Below, piece after piece: positions 11,319 to 21,365 of a stretch of DNA of 64,000 bases. Positions within the stretch are counted from its first letter, which is position 1; each line of letters opens with the position of its first letter. Under the pieces are notes generated by a model. That model was given only the letters and a program-made list of their open reading frames with translations. It did no database searches and was not told the DNA's origin. Location: positions 608,001 through 672,000 of the forward strand of contig CAWFFU010000003.1 in NCBI GenBank assembly GCA_963815215.1. Direction: 5' to 3'. The position numbers and the translations under genes were made by a program. The stretch comes from an uncultured Trueperaceae bacterium. Its GTDB lineage: Bacteria; Deinococcota; Deinococci; Deinococcales; Trueperaceae.

Positions 11319-13953
11319 CAAGCGCCTTGGCGCGGTATTGCTGGAGCGGGGCTACGTCAACGACGAGTCACTGCAGCAGGCGATCAGCCGGCACGCCGAA
11401 GTCGGCGGACGCCTCGCCGACATCCTCGTGCACATCGGCGTCATCTCGGAGCAACGTATCGCGCGGGCCATCGAAGAGTCGATCGGCATCCCACTGGTCG
11501 TGCTCCCACGGGTCGACGTCATGCCCGACGCGCTGAGCAAGATCCCCGCGGACCTCGCCTTCGAAGTCGGCGCCATGCCCTTCGCCATCGACGGCAACCG
11601 CCTCCGGGTCGCATTCGAGGACCCGCTCGACGCCCTCGCCATCGAGGAGGTCGAGGACGCCTCGGGTTGCCTGGTGGAGCCCTACCAGGCCCTCCAGAAG
11701 GAGCTCCAGTGGGCGATCGCCACGTACTATCCGGAGCTCGGCCAGGAGCCTCCACCGGACTTCGAGGTCGATATCAGCCAGCGGCTGGGGTCGCTGGCCG
11801 TGGAGAAGGGCTTCATCACCGACGAGCACCTCAAGAGCGCGGTGGAGGAACAGCACCGTACCGGGGGTCTGCTTGGGCGCATCCTGATCAAGCAGGGGGC
11901 GCTCGACGACGACCGGCTGGCGCAGCTGCTCGCTGAACAGATGGGTATCCCCTTCCAAGCGACGCTCGACGGCGAGTCCGTCAACGAGCGCCTGGCCTCG
12001 ACGCTACTCCGGCTCGATGCGGTGCAGTTCAGCGCCGTGCCGTACCGGATGGACGAGGACAAGCTCGTCATCGCCATGTCCGACCCACGCCGCATGCCCG
12101 ATATCGAGGCCATCGCGCAGCGCCCCGTCACCTTCCTGGCTGCGCCCGAGCGCGAGGTCATGAAGCGCATCGACCTGATGTACGCCGATAACAAGGGGCG
12201 CCTGGGCGAAACGCTGCTGATGAACAAGAAGCTCAAGCGCGAGCAGCTGCGCAAGGCGCTCGAGGAGCAGGCCAAGCTGGGCCGCGTCAAGCCGCTGGGC
12301 GAGATCCTGGTAGACCTAGGCTACGTCACGCAGACCGATGTCGACGAGGCCCTCAACAAGCAACGTGCGGGCGGCGGCCGGCTCGAGGACACGCTGGTGC
12401 AATCGGGCAAGATCAGCCCCGAGATGCTCGCGCGCAGCCTCGCCATGCAGCTCGGCTACGAGTTCATCGACGACGGTATCAAGGTCGACCCCTTCGCCGT
12501 GAGTCTGGTCCCCGAGCAGACCGCACGGCGCTACCAGGCGATGCCGATCCGCATCGAGGGCAACACGCTGGTGGTCGCCATGAAGGACCCGCGCCACGTG
12601 TTCGCTCTGGACGACATCCGGCTGATCACCGGCAAGGAGATCCAGCCTGCGGTCGCCACCGAGGACACGCTGGCGCGAACGCTGAACCGCTTCTACCACG
12701 AAGGCAGCGACATGGACGAGCTGGCCAAGGCGCTCGTCGAGGAGGTCGGCGCCGGCTCATCGGATGCCGAAGAGGACACCAGCGCCATCGACGACAACGC
12801 GCTGGTGAAGGTCGTCAACAACATCATCCGGGAATCGATCCTCAACGACATCTCCGACATCCACATCGAACCCCGTCCGACCCACGTGGTGGTGCGAGTC
12901 CGCAAGGACGGCAGCCTGCGCGAGTACATGACCATGCCCAAGTCGACGGCGAGCGCCATGGCGGCGCGCATCAAGATCATGGGCGGCCTGAACATCGCCG
13001 AACGGCGCATGCCGCAAGACGGGCGGGTGCGGTTCCGCGACAGGACGACGGAAGTCGACCTGCGCCTCTCGACGCTGCCGACGGTGTACGGCGAGAAGGC
13101 CGTGATGCGCCTTCTGAAGCGCGCGACCGACATCCCCGAGATCGAGGAGCTCGGCTTCGCGGAGTACAACTTCGAGGGATTCCGGGACGTCATCCGGAAG
13201 CCCTACGGGATGTTCCTAATCACCGGTCCCACCGGCTCGGGCAAGTCGTTCACCACCTTCAGCGTCCTCAAGCGCATCGCGACTCCCGAGGTCAACGTCA
13301 CCACCATCGAGGACCCGGTCGAGTACGAGATCCCTGGGATCAACCAGACCCAGGTGAACGTGAAGGCGGGGCTCGACTTCGCGCGGGCGCTGCGGGCGTT
13401 CCTCCGCCAGGACCCGGACATCATCATGGTCGGTGAGATCCGGGACCACGAGACGGCCAAGATCTCGATGGAAGCGGCGCTGACCGGTCACCTCTTGATC
13501 GCCACGCTCCACACCAACGATGCCGCAGGCGCGATCAGCCGCCTGGCGGAGATGGGGATCGAGCCTTTCAACATCTCCGCTTCGCTCATCGGCGTGCTGG
13601 CTCAGCGTCTGGTACGCAAGGTCTGCAAGGACTGCCGGGTGGAGTACACGCCGGAGCCCGACGTCCTACGACGCCTAGGCATGGCCGAAGACGAGACGCA
13701 CGGGCGCAAGCTCTTTCGCGGGGTCGGTTGCGAGAAGTGTGGCGGCAGCGGCTACAACGGCCGCTACGCCATCCACGAGCTCCTCGTCGTGGACGACGAC
13801 ATCGAGAAGGCCATCGTGAAGGAGGCCTCGGCCTTCGAACTTCGCGAGATCGCCGTCAAGAACGGGATGCATACCCTTCGGGAGGACGGAATCTACAAGG
13901 CCTTCCAAGGCATCACCACGCTCGAAGAGGTCCTGGCCAGGACCGCGGAGTGA
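11290..13953 (+). CDS. pilB: Type IV pilus assembly ATPase PilB (Thermus PilF type, three N-terminal GSPII/MshEN domains)
   Basis: Repeated RLGxxLxxxG motifs, GPTGSGKS, TIEDPVE, LRQDPD, GEIRD, TLHTN, CKDC...CEKC zinc site. Confidence 0.96.
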   Translation: MSVAVLSIGDKRLGAVLLERGYVNDESLQQAISRHAEVGGRLADILVHIGVISEQRIARAIEESIGIPLVVLPRVDVMPDALSKIPADLAFEVGAMPFAIDGNRLRVAFEDPLDALAIEEVEDASGCLVEPYQALQKELQWAIATYYPELGQEPPPDFEVDISQRLGSLAVEKGFITDEHLKSAVEEQHRTGGLLGRILIKQGALDDDRLAQLLAEQMGIPFQATLDGESVNERLASTLLRLDAVQFSAVPYRMDEDKLVIAMSDPRRMPDIEAIAQRPVTFLAAPEREVMKRIDLMYADNKGRLGETLLMNKKLKREQLRKALEEQAKLGRVKPLGEILVDLGYVTQTDVDEALNKQRAGGGRLEDTLVQSGKISPEMLARSLAMQLGYEFIDDGIKVDPFAVSLVPEQTARRYQAMPIRIEGNTLVVAMKDPRHVFALDDIRLITGKEIQPAVATEDTLARTLNRFYHEGSDMDELAKALVEEVGAGSSDAEEDTSAIDDNALVKVVNNIIRESILNDISDIHIEPRPTHVVVRVRKDGSLREYMTMPKSTASAMAARIKIMGGLNIAERRMPQDGRVRFRDRTTEVDLRLSTLPTVYGEKAVMRLLKRATDIPEIEELGFAEYNFEGFRDVIRKPYGMFLITGPTGSGKSFTTFSVLKRIATPEVNVTTIEDPVEYEIPGINQTQVNVKAGLDFARALRAFLRQDPDIIMVGEIRDHETAKISMEAALTGHLLIATLHTNDAAGAISRLAEMGIEPFNISASLIGVLAQRLVRKVCKDCRVEYTPEPDVLRRLGMAEDETHGRKLFRGVGCEKCGGSGYNGRYAIHELLVVDDDIEKAIVKEASAFELREIAVKNGMHTLREDGIYKAFQGITTLEEVLARTAE

Positions 13954-13986
13954 TCCGCAGGCCCTGCCTCCACCGGAAGGACGCGC

Positions 13987-15231
13987 ATGAGTGACCAGAT
14001 CCGCTCCACCCAGATCCAGGCCGATATCGTCGATCTGCTGAAGATGGCCATCGAGCGGCAGGCGTCGGACCTCCTGATCACGGTCGGCCTGCCGCCGATG
14101 CTCAAGCTCGACGGCGAGTGGCGCCCCACCGACTACGACCCGCTCACCCCGAACCTGACCCGGCGCCTGATGTATGCGTTGATGGATGAGAAGAAGCAGC
14201 GCAACTACGAGGAGCGCAAGGACCTCGACTTCTCGTTCAGCCTCTCGGGTCATGGACGCTTCCGCGTCAACGTGTTCCAGCAGCGTGGCTCGGTGGGTGG
14301 CGTGATGCGGACCATCGCCGAAGAGGTCCTGGGCTTCTCGGCGTTGGGGCTGCCCGACGAAGTCGCCGCAACGGCGCGTCTCCCACGCGGCCTGGTGCTC
14401 GTCACCGGCCCCACGGGGTCGGGCAAGTCGACGACGCTGTCCACCATGATCAACCTCATCAACGAGGAGTACCAGAAGCACATCGTGACCATCGAGGACC
14501 CGATCGAGTTCTTCCACCAGCACAAGAGCTCGATCGTCAACCAGCGCGAGGTCGGCGAGGACACCAAGGACTTCCATGCCGCGCTCAGGAGCGTGTTGCG
14601 ACAGGCACCCGACGTCATCCTGGTAGGCGAGATGCGCGACTTCGAGACCATCGGAGCGGCCGTGACCGCGGCCGAGACCGGCCACCTGGTGCTGGGGACG
14701 CTGCACACCAACACCGCCGCCGAAGCCATCGACCGCATCATCGACGTCTTCCCCGAGGCCCAGCAGGAGCAGGTCCGGGTGCAGCTCTCGAACAACCTCC
14801 AGGCCATCCTGACGCAGCAGCTCATCCCCAAGTCGACGGGCGAAGGGCGCGCGCTGGCCTTCGAGTTCCTGATCGCCACGCCCGCCATCCGCAACCTCAT
14901 CCGTGAGGGCAAGACCCACCAGATCCCCGGGCAGATCCAGATGGGCGGTTCGCTCGGCATGGTGACCATGGATGCGAACCTGGCCGAGCTCCACTTGAAG
15001 CGCCTCATCAGCTTCGAGGTGGGGATCGCTCGATCGGTGGACCCCAAGGAGTTCGAGCGCCTCGTGACGACGGGCGGCCTGTCGTTGGAGGGCGGCGCGG
15101 CTCCTTCGCGCAGCGCCGCGGCCACGAAGCGCGGGACCCCTGCCCAGACGCGCGGAGCCACAGGGCAGGTCGGGCGCGGCGGCCCGGCGTCCTCCCCCGG
15201 CCGAGGCGGGCGCGGCAGCGGGGGCTCCTGA
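13987..15231 (+). CDS. pilT: Type IV pilus retraction ATPase
   Basis: GPTGSGKST, TIEDPIE, GEMRD, TLHT, AIRNLIRE signature. Confidence 0.96.
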   Translation: MSDQIRSTQIQADIVDLLKMAIERQASDLLITVGLPPMLKLDGEWRPTDYDPLTPNLTRRLMYALMDEKKQRNYEERKDLDFSFSLSGHGRFRVNVFQQRGSVGGVMRTIAEEVLGFSALGLPDEVAATARLPRGLVLVTGPTGSGKSTTLSTMINLINEEYQKHIVTIEDPIEFFHQHKSSIVNQREVGEDTKDFHAALRSVLRQAPDVILVGEMRDFETIGAAVTAAETGHLVLGTLHTNTAAEAIDRIIDVFPEAQQEQVRVQLSNNLQAILTQQLIPKSTGEGRALAFEFLIATPAIRNLIREGKTHQIPGQIQMGGSLGMVTMDANLAELHLKRLISFEVGIARSVDPKEFERLVTTGGLSLEGGAAPSRSAAATKRGTPAQTRGATGQVGRGGPASSPGRGGRGSGGS

Positions 15232-15399
15232 CCCGGGTCCCGGCACCCGCGCCGCGGTGCGTAGCGCGGGAACGAGCTCGCACCTCCGCTCGCCCGTAGC
15301 ACGCAGGGTACTCTTCCGTCGATACACATGTTCGCCCGGCGACCCCCGCCGGTATCGTGGACGTCGAACACGACGTGCAAGGATCCTTAGGAGGTCGGC

Positions 15400-16395
15400 G
15401 TGAAACGTTCGTGGATTGTCATCGCCATCATCGTCTCGGCACTCGTCGGATCGGCGTTCGCCCAGCGCGTGCAGATCGTCATCGGCACCGGCGGCACCGG
15501 CGGCGTGTACTTCTACTACGGCACCCAGGTCGCGCAGATGCTGTCGAAGTATGCGGACCTCAGTGCCACCGCCATCCAGACCGCGGCGTCCATCGACAAC
15601 AACCTTCTGCTGCGCGACAAGACCGATCCGAACCGCGGCGTCTACTACTGCGAGCTCTCTCTGCCCGACTCGGCGCTGGTCGCCTACAACGGCACCCACG
15701 AGAAGTTCAAGGGCAACCCGGCGCCTTCGCGCATCCTGTGGGTGACGTACCCGAACTATCTACAGATCGTCACCACGTCCGACTCCGGCATCACCAGCCT
15801 CGCCGATCTGGCGGGCAAGCGCGTCTCCACCGGGGCACCGAGTTCCGGCACCGAGTACACGAGCCTGCTGGTCCTCGACGCCGCGGGCGTCAAGACCGAT
15901 TCGTTCAGCAAGTGGTCGCGCCTGGGCGCCGCCGAGTCCGCCGACGGCCTGGCCAACGGCACGCTCGACGCCTACTTCTGGTCGGGCGGCATCCCCACCG
16001 GGTCGATCAGCGAACTCTCCACCACCCTGCAGCGCAAGGGCAAGAAGGTGGCGCTGGTCTCGCTCGACCCCAACGGCACTGCCGTCAAGACCTTCATGCA
16101 ACGCTTCCCCGGCCTGGGCGTGATGGGCACCATCCCGGCGGCCACCTACGGCGCGACGGGAGACACCCAGACGCTGGCGTTCTGGAACCGCTTCGCCTGC
16201 CCGGCCTCACTGCCCGACGACGTCGCCTACACCATCACCAAGACCGTCTTCACGCACATCCAGGACCTCCACGACGCGATCAAGCCGTCGAAGGACACGA
16301 CCGTCGAGAACACGGCCAAGCTGGTGGGCCAGACCACCATCCCCTTCCACCCCGGAGCGCTCCGCTATTACAAGGAAGTCGGAGCCGTCCAGTAG
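15400..16395 (+). CDS. TAXI-family TRAP solute-binding protein
   Basis: Signal peptide, GTGGTGGVY, GAPSSGTE, PFHPGALRYYKE. Confidence 0.92.
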   Translation: MKRSWIVIAIIVSALVGSAFAQRVQIVIGTGGTGGVYFYYGTQVAQMLSKYADLSATAIQTAASIDNNLLLRDKTDPNRGVYYCELSLPDSALVAYNGTHEKFKGNPAPSRILWVTYPNYLQIVTTSDSGITSLADLAGKRVSTGAPSSGTEYTSLLVLDAAGVKTDSFSKWSRLGAAESADGLANGTLDAYFWSGGIPTGSISELSTTLQRKGKKVALVSLDPNGTAVKTFMQRFPGLGVMGTIPAATYGATGDTQTLAFWNRFACPASLPDDVAYTITKTVFTHIQDLHDAIKPSKDTTVENTAKLVGQTTIPFHPGALRYYKEVGAVQ

Positions 16396-16398
16396 TCC

Positions 16399-16809
16399 AT
16401 GCGTAGAACCCTGATCTGGACCCCCATCCTGGTGGTGGGGGTCCTGGTCCTGGTGCTCGCCCGACCGGTGCGACTGAGCGGCGGCGCCGGCGATGCCGGC
16501 GACCACGTGCTGTGGCTGTGGGCGTGGCAGAGCGGCGAGGTGGCGTTCACCAACTCCGTGACGGGCGGTCCGGTGCGCATCCGATTCGACCTGCGCACCG
16601 GCTTCGACCACTTCCGCATGCTGACCGACGAGAAGACCGAGAACTACTACACCAGCGGCACCTACCGCATCAACGCACGGCTCGCGCCGCAACGCACCCG
16701 GTCGCTGGACTACTGCACCGTCGTCGGCATGACCGTGCGCCTCGGCTCCCACCACGCCACCCTGCGAGACAGCTGCCTGGAGATCACCCTGCTGTGGCCG
16801 CCCTTCTGA
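16399..16809 (+). CDS. Small accessory protein of the TAXI operon (DUF1850-like)
   Basis: N-terminal hydrophobic helix, FTNSVTGGPV; lies between SBP and permease. Confidence 0.6.
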   Translation: MRRTLIWTPILVVGVLVLVLARPVRLSGGAGDAGDHVLWLWAWQSGEVAFTNSVTGGPVRIRFDLRTGFDHFRMLTDEKTENYYTSGTYRINARLAPQRTRSLDYCTVVGMTVRLGSHHATLRDSCLEITLLWPPF

Positions 16810-18869
16810 AGCGCATCACCTTCGGGGTCCTGCTCGTTGCGACCCTGTACCACCTGTATCTCGTCATCCATCCGTTCATGCCGTGGTCGAACAGTGAGAT
16901 CCCGCTGCTCGACCTGACCCAGGTCCAGCGTGCCGCGCACGTGTTCCTGCTGGTGCTCGCCGGCTATCTGTTGATGGCGGCCCGCAAGCCCACCAAGGTG
17001 GGCGTCGGGTCGTGGATCTTCACCTTGCTCGCGGCCGTGCCTCTCTATGCGTTCTGGCAGCTCGGCCAGCCCCTGATCGTGGAGCTGGCGACGACCGTGT
17101 TCTGGGTCGTGTCCGTCGGGCCGGCGGTCGTGCCCCGGATCGCACGGGCGTTCGATGTGGTCGCGGCGCTCCTCAGCATCGCGCCGTTCCTGTACCTGTT
17201 GCTGCAGTTCAACGATCTGGTGAGCCGCGCCATGCTGCCTGTCCCCTGGGACCTCGCCATGTCGTTCGGCCTGACCTTCCTGGTATTGGGCATCGTGTAC
17301 CGCATGCTCGGGCCGGTGCTCCCCAGCCTGGTGCTGGTCTTCCTGCTGTACAACCTCTACGGCTATCTGATCCCCGGCACCTTACAGAGCCCCGGCTTCC
17401 CCCTCGACATGCTCCTCGGCAAGCTCTACGCCGAGACCGAGGCCGGGCTATTCGGCATCATCACCGGGGTGTCCCTGAAGTACCTCGTCTACTTCACCAT
17501 CCTCGGCGCCGTCATCTCGGCGCTCGGGTTCGGCGAGATCATCGCCAACATCGCCTTCCTGCTGGTGGGCAAGAGCCCCGCGGCACCGGGCCGCGCCACC
17601 AGCGTGATGGCCGTGATGATGGGCTGGTTCTCGGGTTCGGGCGCGGCCGATACGCTGTTCGTGTCGACCCTGAACGAGCCGCTGTTCAAGCGCGCCGGCT
17701 ACAACCGCCTGATCGCGGCGGGCTTGTGCTCGACGGTCGGCACCATCGCCTACATCACACCGCCCATCATGGGTTCGATCGCCTTCGTGATGGTGGAGCT
17801 GCTGGCCATCCCCTACATCCAGATCATCGTGATGGCGATCGGGCCGATGGTTCTGCTGTTCATCGCGATCTGGGCCTACAACGAGTTCTACGTCCGCAAG
17901 ATGAAGCTCCAGGCGATCGAGACCGTCGAGGGGATCGGTCGGCGCTACGCCTTCCGATACGCCTACGTGTTCCTGCCGGTGCTGCTCATCCTGGTGATGA
18001 TCTACCGAGGCTACTCCGTCAACCTCACGGTGACCCTGGCGATCTTCGCATTCATCGTGCTGGCCTACCTCGACCCCACCGTGCGGCCCCCCATCGGAAA
18101 GCTCTTCCAGGGCCTGGCCAACGGCTTCAGCCACCTCATCCCGATCGGGGGAGCGGTGGTCGCCGCCAACATGATCATGACGATGATGGTGCTGACCGGG
18201 CTCGCCTCCAAGGTCTCCGAGATCCTGCTGGCGATCTCGGGCCAGTCGCTCGCCATCGCGACCATCCTGGCAGCGCTGTTCAGCCTGGTGCTCGGCATGG
18301 GCGTTCCGCCCATCGCCACCTACGTGCTCACCTCGGCGCTGGTCGCTCCGGCCGTCCAGAAGCTGGTAGTGGCCAACGGCGTGCCCGAGCATGCGGCGCT
18401 CCTGGCCACGCAGATGTTCCTGTTCTATTACGCCGTCCTGGCCGATATCACGCCACCCGTCGGCCTCTCGGCGTACGCGGCCGCGTCGGTGTTCAAGACC
18501 AATCCGATCCAGACCGGTCTGTACGCCGCCATGGTGGCGCTGCCGAAGTACCTCATCGGCTTCACCTTCCTGCTGTCGTACAGCGGCACGGCGCTGCTGA
18601 TCGTGCCCGTGGTGGAAGGCATGAGCACCGGCCAGGCGCTGCTGGTCATCGTCCCGCGCTTCGTGTTCGCGCTGGTCGGCATCGTCTTGCTGGCGGCCGG
18701 CGGGGCGGGCTTCCTCCTACACAGACTGGCGAGCTGGGAACGCTGGCTCCTGGTCGCGATCGGCCTGGTCCTGCTCTACCCTGCCACCGTCGTGAACGTC
18801 GCGGCGCTGATCGTCGGGCTGGCGCTCGTCCTGCGCGACCGACTCAGGCTGGTCCCCGCCACGCCCTGA
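16794..18869 (+). CDS. TRAP fused 4TM/12TM permease (TAXI type)
   Basis: ITPPIMG, LGMGVPPIATY, ADITPPVGL; GTG 16794 with GGAG upstream (start inferred). Confidence 0.9.
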   Translation: MAALLKRITFGVLLVATLYHLYLVIHPFMPWSNSEIPLLDLTQVQRAAHVFLLVLAGYLLMAARKPTKVGVGSWIFTLLAAVPLYAFWQLGQPLIVELATTVFWVVSVGPAVVPRIARAFDVVAALLSIAPFLYLLLQFNDLVSRAMLPVPWDLAMSFGLTFLVLGIVYRMLGPVLPSLVLVFLLYNLYGYLIPGTLQSPGFPLDMLLGKLYAETEAGLFGIITGVSLKYLVYFTILGAVISALGFGEIIANIAFLLVGKSPAAPGRATSVMAVMMGWFSGSGAADTLFVSTLNEPLFKRAGYNRLIAAGLCSTVGTIAYITPPIMGSIAFVMVELLAIPYIQIIVMAIGPMVLLFIAIWAYNEFYVRKMKLQAIETVEGIGRRYAFRYAYVFLPVLLILVMIYRGYSVNLTVTLAIFAFIVLAYLDPTVRPPIGKLFQGLANGFSHLIPIGGAVVAANMIMTMMVLTGLASKVSEILLAISGQSLAIATILAALFSLVLGMGVPPIATYVLTSALVAPAVQKLVVANGVPEHAALLATQMFLFYYAVLADITPPVGLSAYAAASVFKTNPIQTGLYAAMVALPKYLIGFTFLLSYSGTALLIVPVVEGMSTGQALLVIVPRFVFALVGIVLLAAGGAGFLLHRLASWERWLLVAIGLVLLYPATVVNVAALIVGLALVLRDRLRLVPATP

Positions 18870-18893
18870 ACGGCACTGCCGCGCGCGCCCGGC

Positions 18894-20186
18894 TCACGAT
18901 CGGACCCGCAAGCGCCGCTCGACCCGCCACAGCGCCCCCAGCAGGGGGAGTTCGAGGAGCAGCAGGACGGCGACCCCGAGGTAGGTCGGCGTGAAGCCGA
19001 TCGCCGTCACCAGCTCGATCCCCAGGATCGGGCCGAGGCTGCCGCCGACGTCGCCGAAGAACTGGTAGTAGCCCACCACCTGGCCGCGCTGGGACGCCGG
19101 GGTGAGGTCACCGAGCAGGGTCAGCAGCGGGATCGAGGTGCCACCCATGCCCAGTCCCAGCAGCACGACGCCCACCACGGCCGACCCGGCGCCGCCGGCC
19201 AGCGCGAGAACGGCGAAGCCCGCCGCGGCGGCCACCACGCCCGGTAGCGCCAACCCCGTCCGAGTCGGCGAACGGTCGAGCGCCCGCCCGAGGTAGACGG
19301 TGACGGCAGCGGACGCCAGCATCATGACGGCGAGCAAGGCTCCGGCCATGGGCTGCTCACCCAGCCCTGCGATGCCTATGCCGCGCGCGTGGACGAGCAG
19401 CACCAGGGTCGCCAGCAGGACCCCCTGGATCGAGAAGAAGACCAGCAGATTGGCCAGCCACACGGCCTGCACCCGCCGGTCGGCACGAACGACGGTGGCC
19501 GCCGCCCTCCTCACGCGTTCCACCAGCACAGGCCGAGGCGCGCGCTCCTGGATCCGGAGCGGGCCCTGGGGCACGCTGCTCGGCACGGTCCACCAGGCCA
19601 GCACGGCCGCCGCCAGGGTGACCGCAGCGGCCGATAGGAAGGCGGCATCGTTGCTCACGAAGCCCGCGACCAGTCCACCGGCAAGCATGCCCGCAGGCAA
19701 CCCGAGGCTCAGAGCCAAGCGGACCACCGCCGTACTGCGGCCGCGGTTGGCCTCGGACGAGGCGTTGAGGGCGATGGTCACGCCGCCCACGATGATGGCC
19801 GAGGAGCCGATCCCCCAGATCGCCCGACCCGCCAGCAGCAGCCAACCGGGGTTGGCGGTGTGCAGCGCCAGGCTGTAGGTCGCGGTGGCGAGCGCCTCGA
19901 CCAGCAGACCGAGGGTCAGCGGCCACTTGCCTCCGAAGCGGTCGATCAACGCGCCGGTGACCGGGTTGGCGAAGAGCCGGGTGACACGGTTGGCTGAGAG
20001 GATCCAGCCCACCAGGAACGCCGGCAGACCCAGCTGCACCCCGAGGATCGGGATAATGGGAAACGCGATGCCGCCACCGATGCCACCGAGGAACACCACC
20101 ACCGCGAGCGGCAGGCTCTCCGGTGGGATGCCGAGCCGGAGCGGCGTCCCACTGCTCCGTTGCGAGCCGGGTTCCTCTCCTACCAC
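18894..20186 (-). CDS. MFS transporter
   Basis: GALIDRFGGK motif A, about 12 TMs; GGAGAGG before GTG 20186. Confidence 0.88.
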   Translation of the reverse strand: MVGEEPGSQRSSGTPLRLGIPPESLPLAVVVFLGGIGGGIAFPIIPILGVQLGLPAFLVGWILSANRVTRLFANPVTGALIDRFGGKWPLTLGLLVEALATATYSLALHTANPGWLLLAGRAIWGIGSSAIIVGGVTIALNASSEANRGRSTAVVRLALSLGLPAGMLAGGLVAGFVSNDAAFLSAAAVTLAAAVLAWWTVPSSVPQGPLRIQERAPRPVLVERVRRAAATVVRADRRVQAVWLANLLVFFSIQGVLLATLVLLVHARGIGIAGLGEQPMAGALLAVMMLASAAVTVYLGRALDRSPTRTGLALPGVVAAAAGFAVLALAGGAGSAVVGVVLLGLGMGGTSIPLLTLLGDLTPASQRGQVVGYYQFFGDVGGSLGPILGIELVTAIGFTPTYLGVAVLLLLELPLLGALWRVERRLRVRS

Positions 20187-20333
20187 CGTCCGCCCACCTC
20201 TCCGGCACGCCGCCTGCTCGCCGGGCGAAGGTATCCGGTCCGATGGCGCCGACGCGACACCCCGCCACCATAGTCCGAGTGCCATCGGCGCGGCGCCGTG
20301 TCGGGCAACGCGCAACGGGCTCGTGGGCCCCGG

Positions 20334-20924
20334 ATGACGCCCGAACAACGTCGCCATCTACTACGCGCCGCGCTCCCCGACGAGCAGGTCGGGCGGGCCG
20401 GTGTGTGGGCCGACCTCGGATGCGGCAGTGGCGCGTTCACCCTGGCCTTGGCCGACCTCGTCGGCAATCGCGCCACCATCCACGCCGTCGATCGCGACGG
20501 CACCGCGTTGCGGCGCCTGGACTCGTTCGCCGACGCGCACGCTGCCACCCTGCGCACCCTGGAGGCGGACTTCACGGCGCCGCTGGACCTCCCTCCCCTG
20601 GACGGACTACTGCTGGCGAACGCGCTGCACTTCGTGCCGCGCCGGGGCCAACCGGACCTCCTGCAGCGGCTGCGCTCCTCGCTACGTGCGGGCGGGCTCC
20701 TCGTCGTGGTGGAGTACGACGTCGCGCGCGGCAATCCGTGGGTCCCACATCCGATCCCGGCCGAGCGGTGGCCCGCGCTGGCGCGGGAAGCCGGCTACGA
20801 CGGCGCTCGCGTCGTGGCCACCGTGCCGTCGCGCTACTGGGGTCGCGTCTACGCCGCGCGCTGCGTGGGCGCCGCATCGTCAGCCGAAGAAGGCGCGCGT
20901 CAACAATCCCGCAAGGGGCGGTAG
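20334..20924 (+). CDS. Class I SAM-dependent methyltransferase
   Basis: ADLGCGSG, AVDRD, ANALHF, GGLLVVVEY; start could be GTG 20298. Confidence 0.85.
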   Translation: MTPEQRRHLLRAALPDEQVGRAGVWADLGCGSGAFTLALADLVGNRATIHAVDRDGTALRRLDSFADAHAATLRTLEADFTAPLDLPPLDGLLLANALHFVPRRGQPDLLQRLRSSLRAGGLLVVVEYDVARGNPWVPHPIPAERWPALAREAGYDGARVVATVPSRYWGRVYAARCVGAASSAEEGARQQSRKGR

Positions 20925-21365
20925 CAGCAGCGTGCTGACGACCCGTACCAGCGTGAAGCGTGGACCTACGATCGCCAGCTCGAAGCTCAGCAACCCCACG
21001 TTCCACACCGCCCACCCCGTCACCAGCGAGACCGTGGCGGCGAGGCCGGCGCCGGCCTGGTGGATCGCAGCGATGATCGGGAACGACACGTAGGGCCCGC
21101 CGGGGATGACGGCCCCGGCAACCGAGCCGATCACCACGTCCAACACGCCCGACGAGCTCGCCAGCCAGCGGTGCACGAGTTCGGCCGGTAGGGCCGCGGC
21201 CAGCATCCCCGCCAGGAAGAACGCCGCCAGCAGGAGCGGCAGCGTCCCCCACAGCATGCGTAGTCCCGCCACCGCGCCCACCTTCGGCCTGGCAGGGTCC
21301 TGGCGGTAGGCCACGCCGGCCAGCGCCAGCGCCATGCCGACCAGGACCGCGGTGGCGACACTCAT
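20880..21365 (-). CDS. Permease (DUF318/ArsP-like half-size membrane protein)
   Basis: PGGPYVSFPI motif, about 5 TMs; ATGA overlap with upstream paralog. Confidence 0.78.
   Translation of the reverse strand: MSVATAVLVGMALALAGVAYRQDPARPKVGAVAGLRMLWGTLPLLLAAFFLAGMLAAALPAELVHRWLASSSGVLDVVIGSVAGAVIPGGPYVSFPIIAAIHQAGAGLAATVSLVTGWAVWNVGLLSFELAIVGPRFTLVRVVSTLLLPPLAGLLTRAFFG

Noticed and set aside
16806..16809. CTG start of the TRAP permease by CTGA overlap
   Set aside because: An in-frame GTG at 16794 with upstream GGAG is the simpler explanation.
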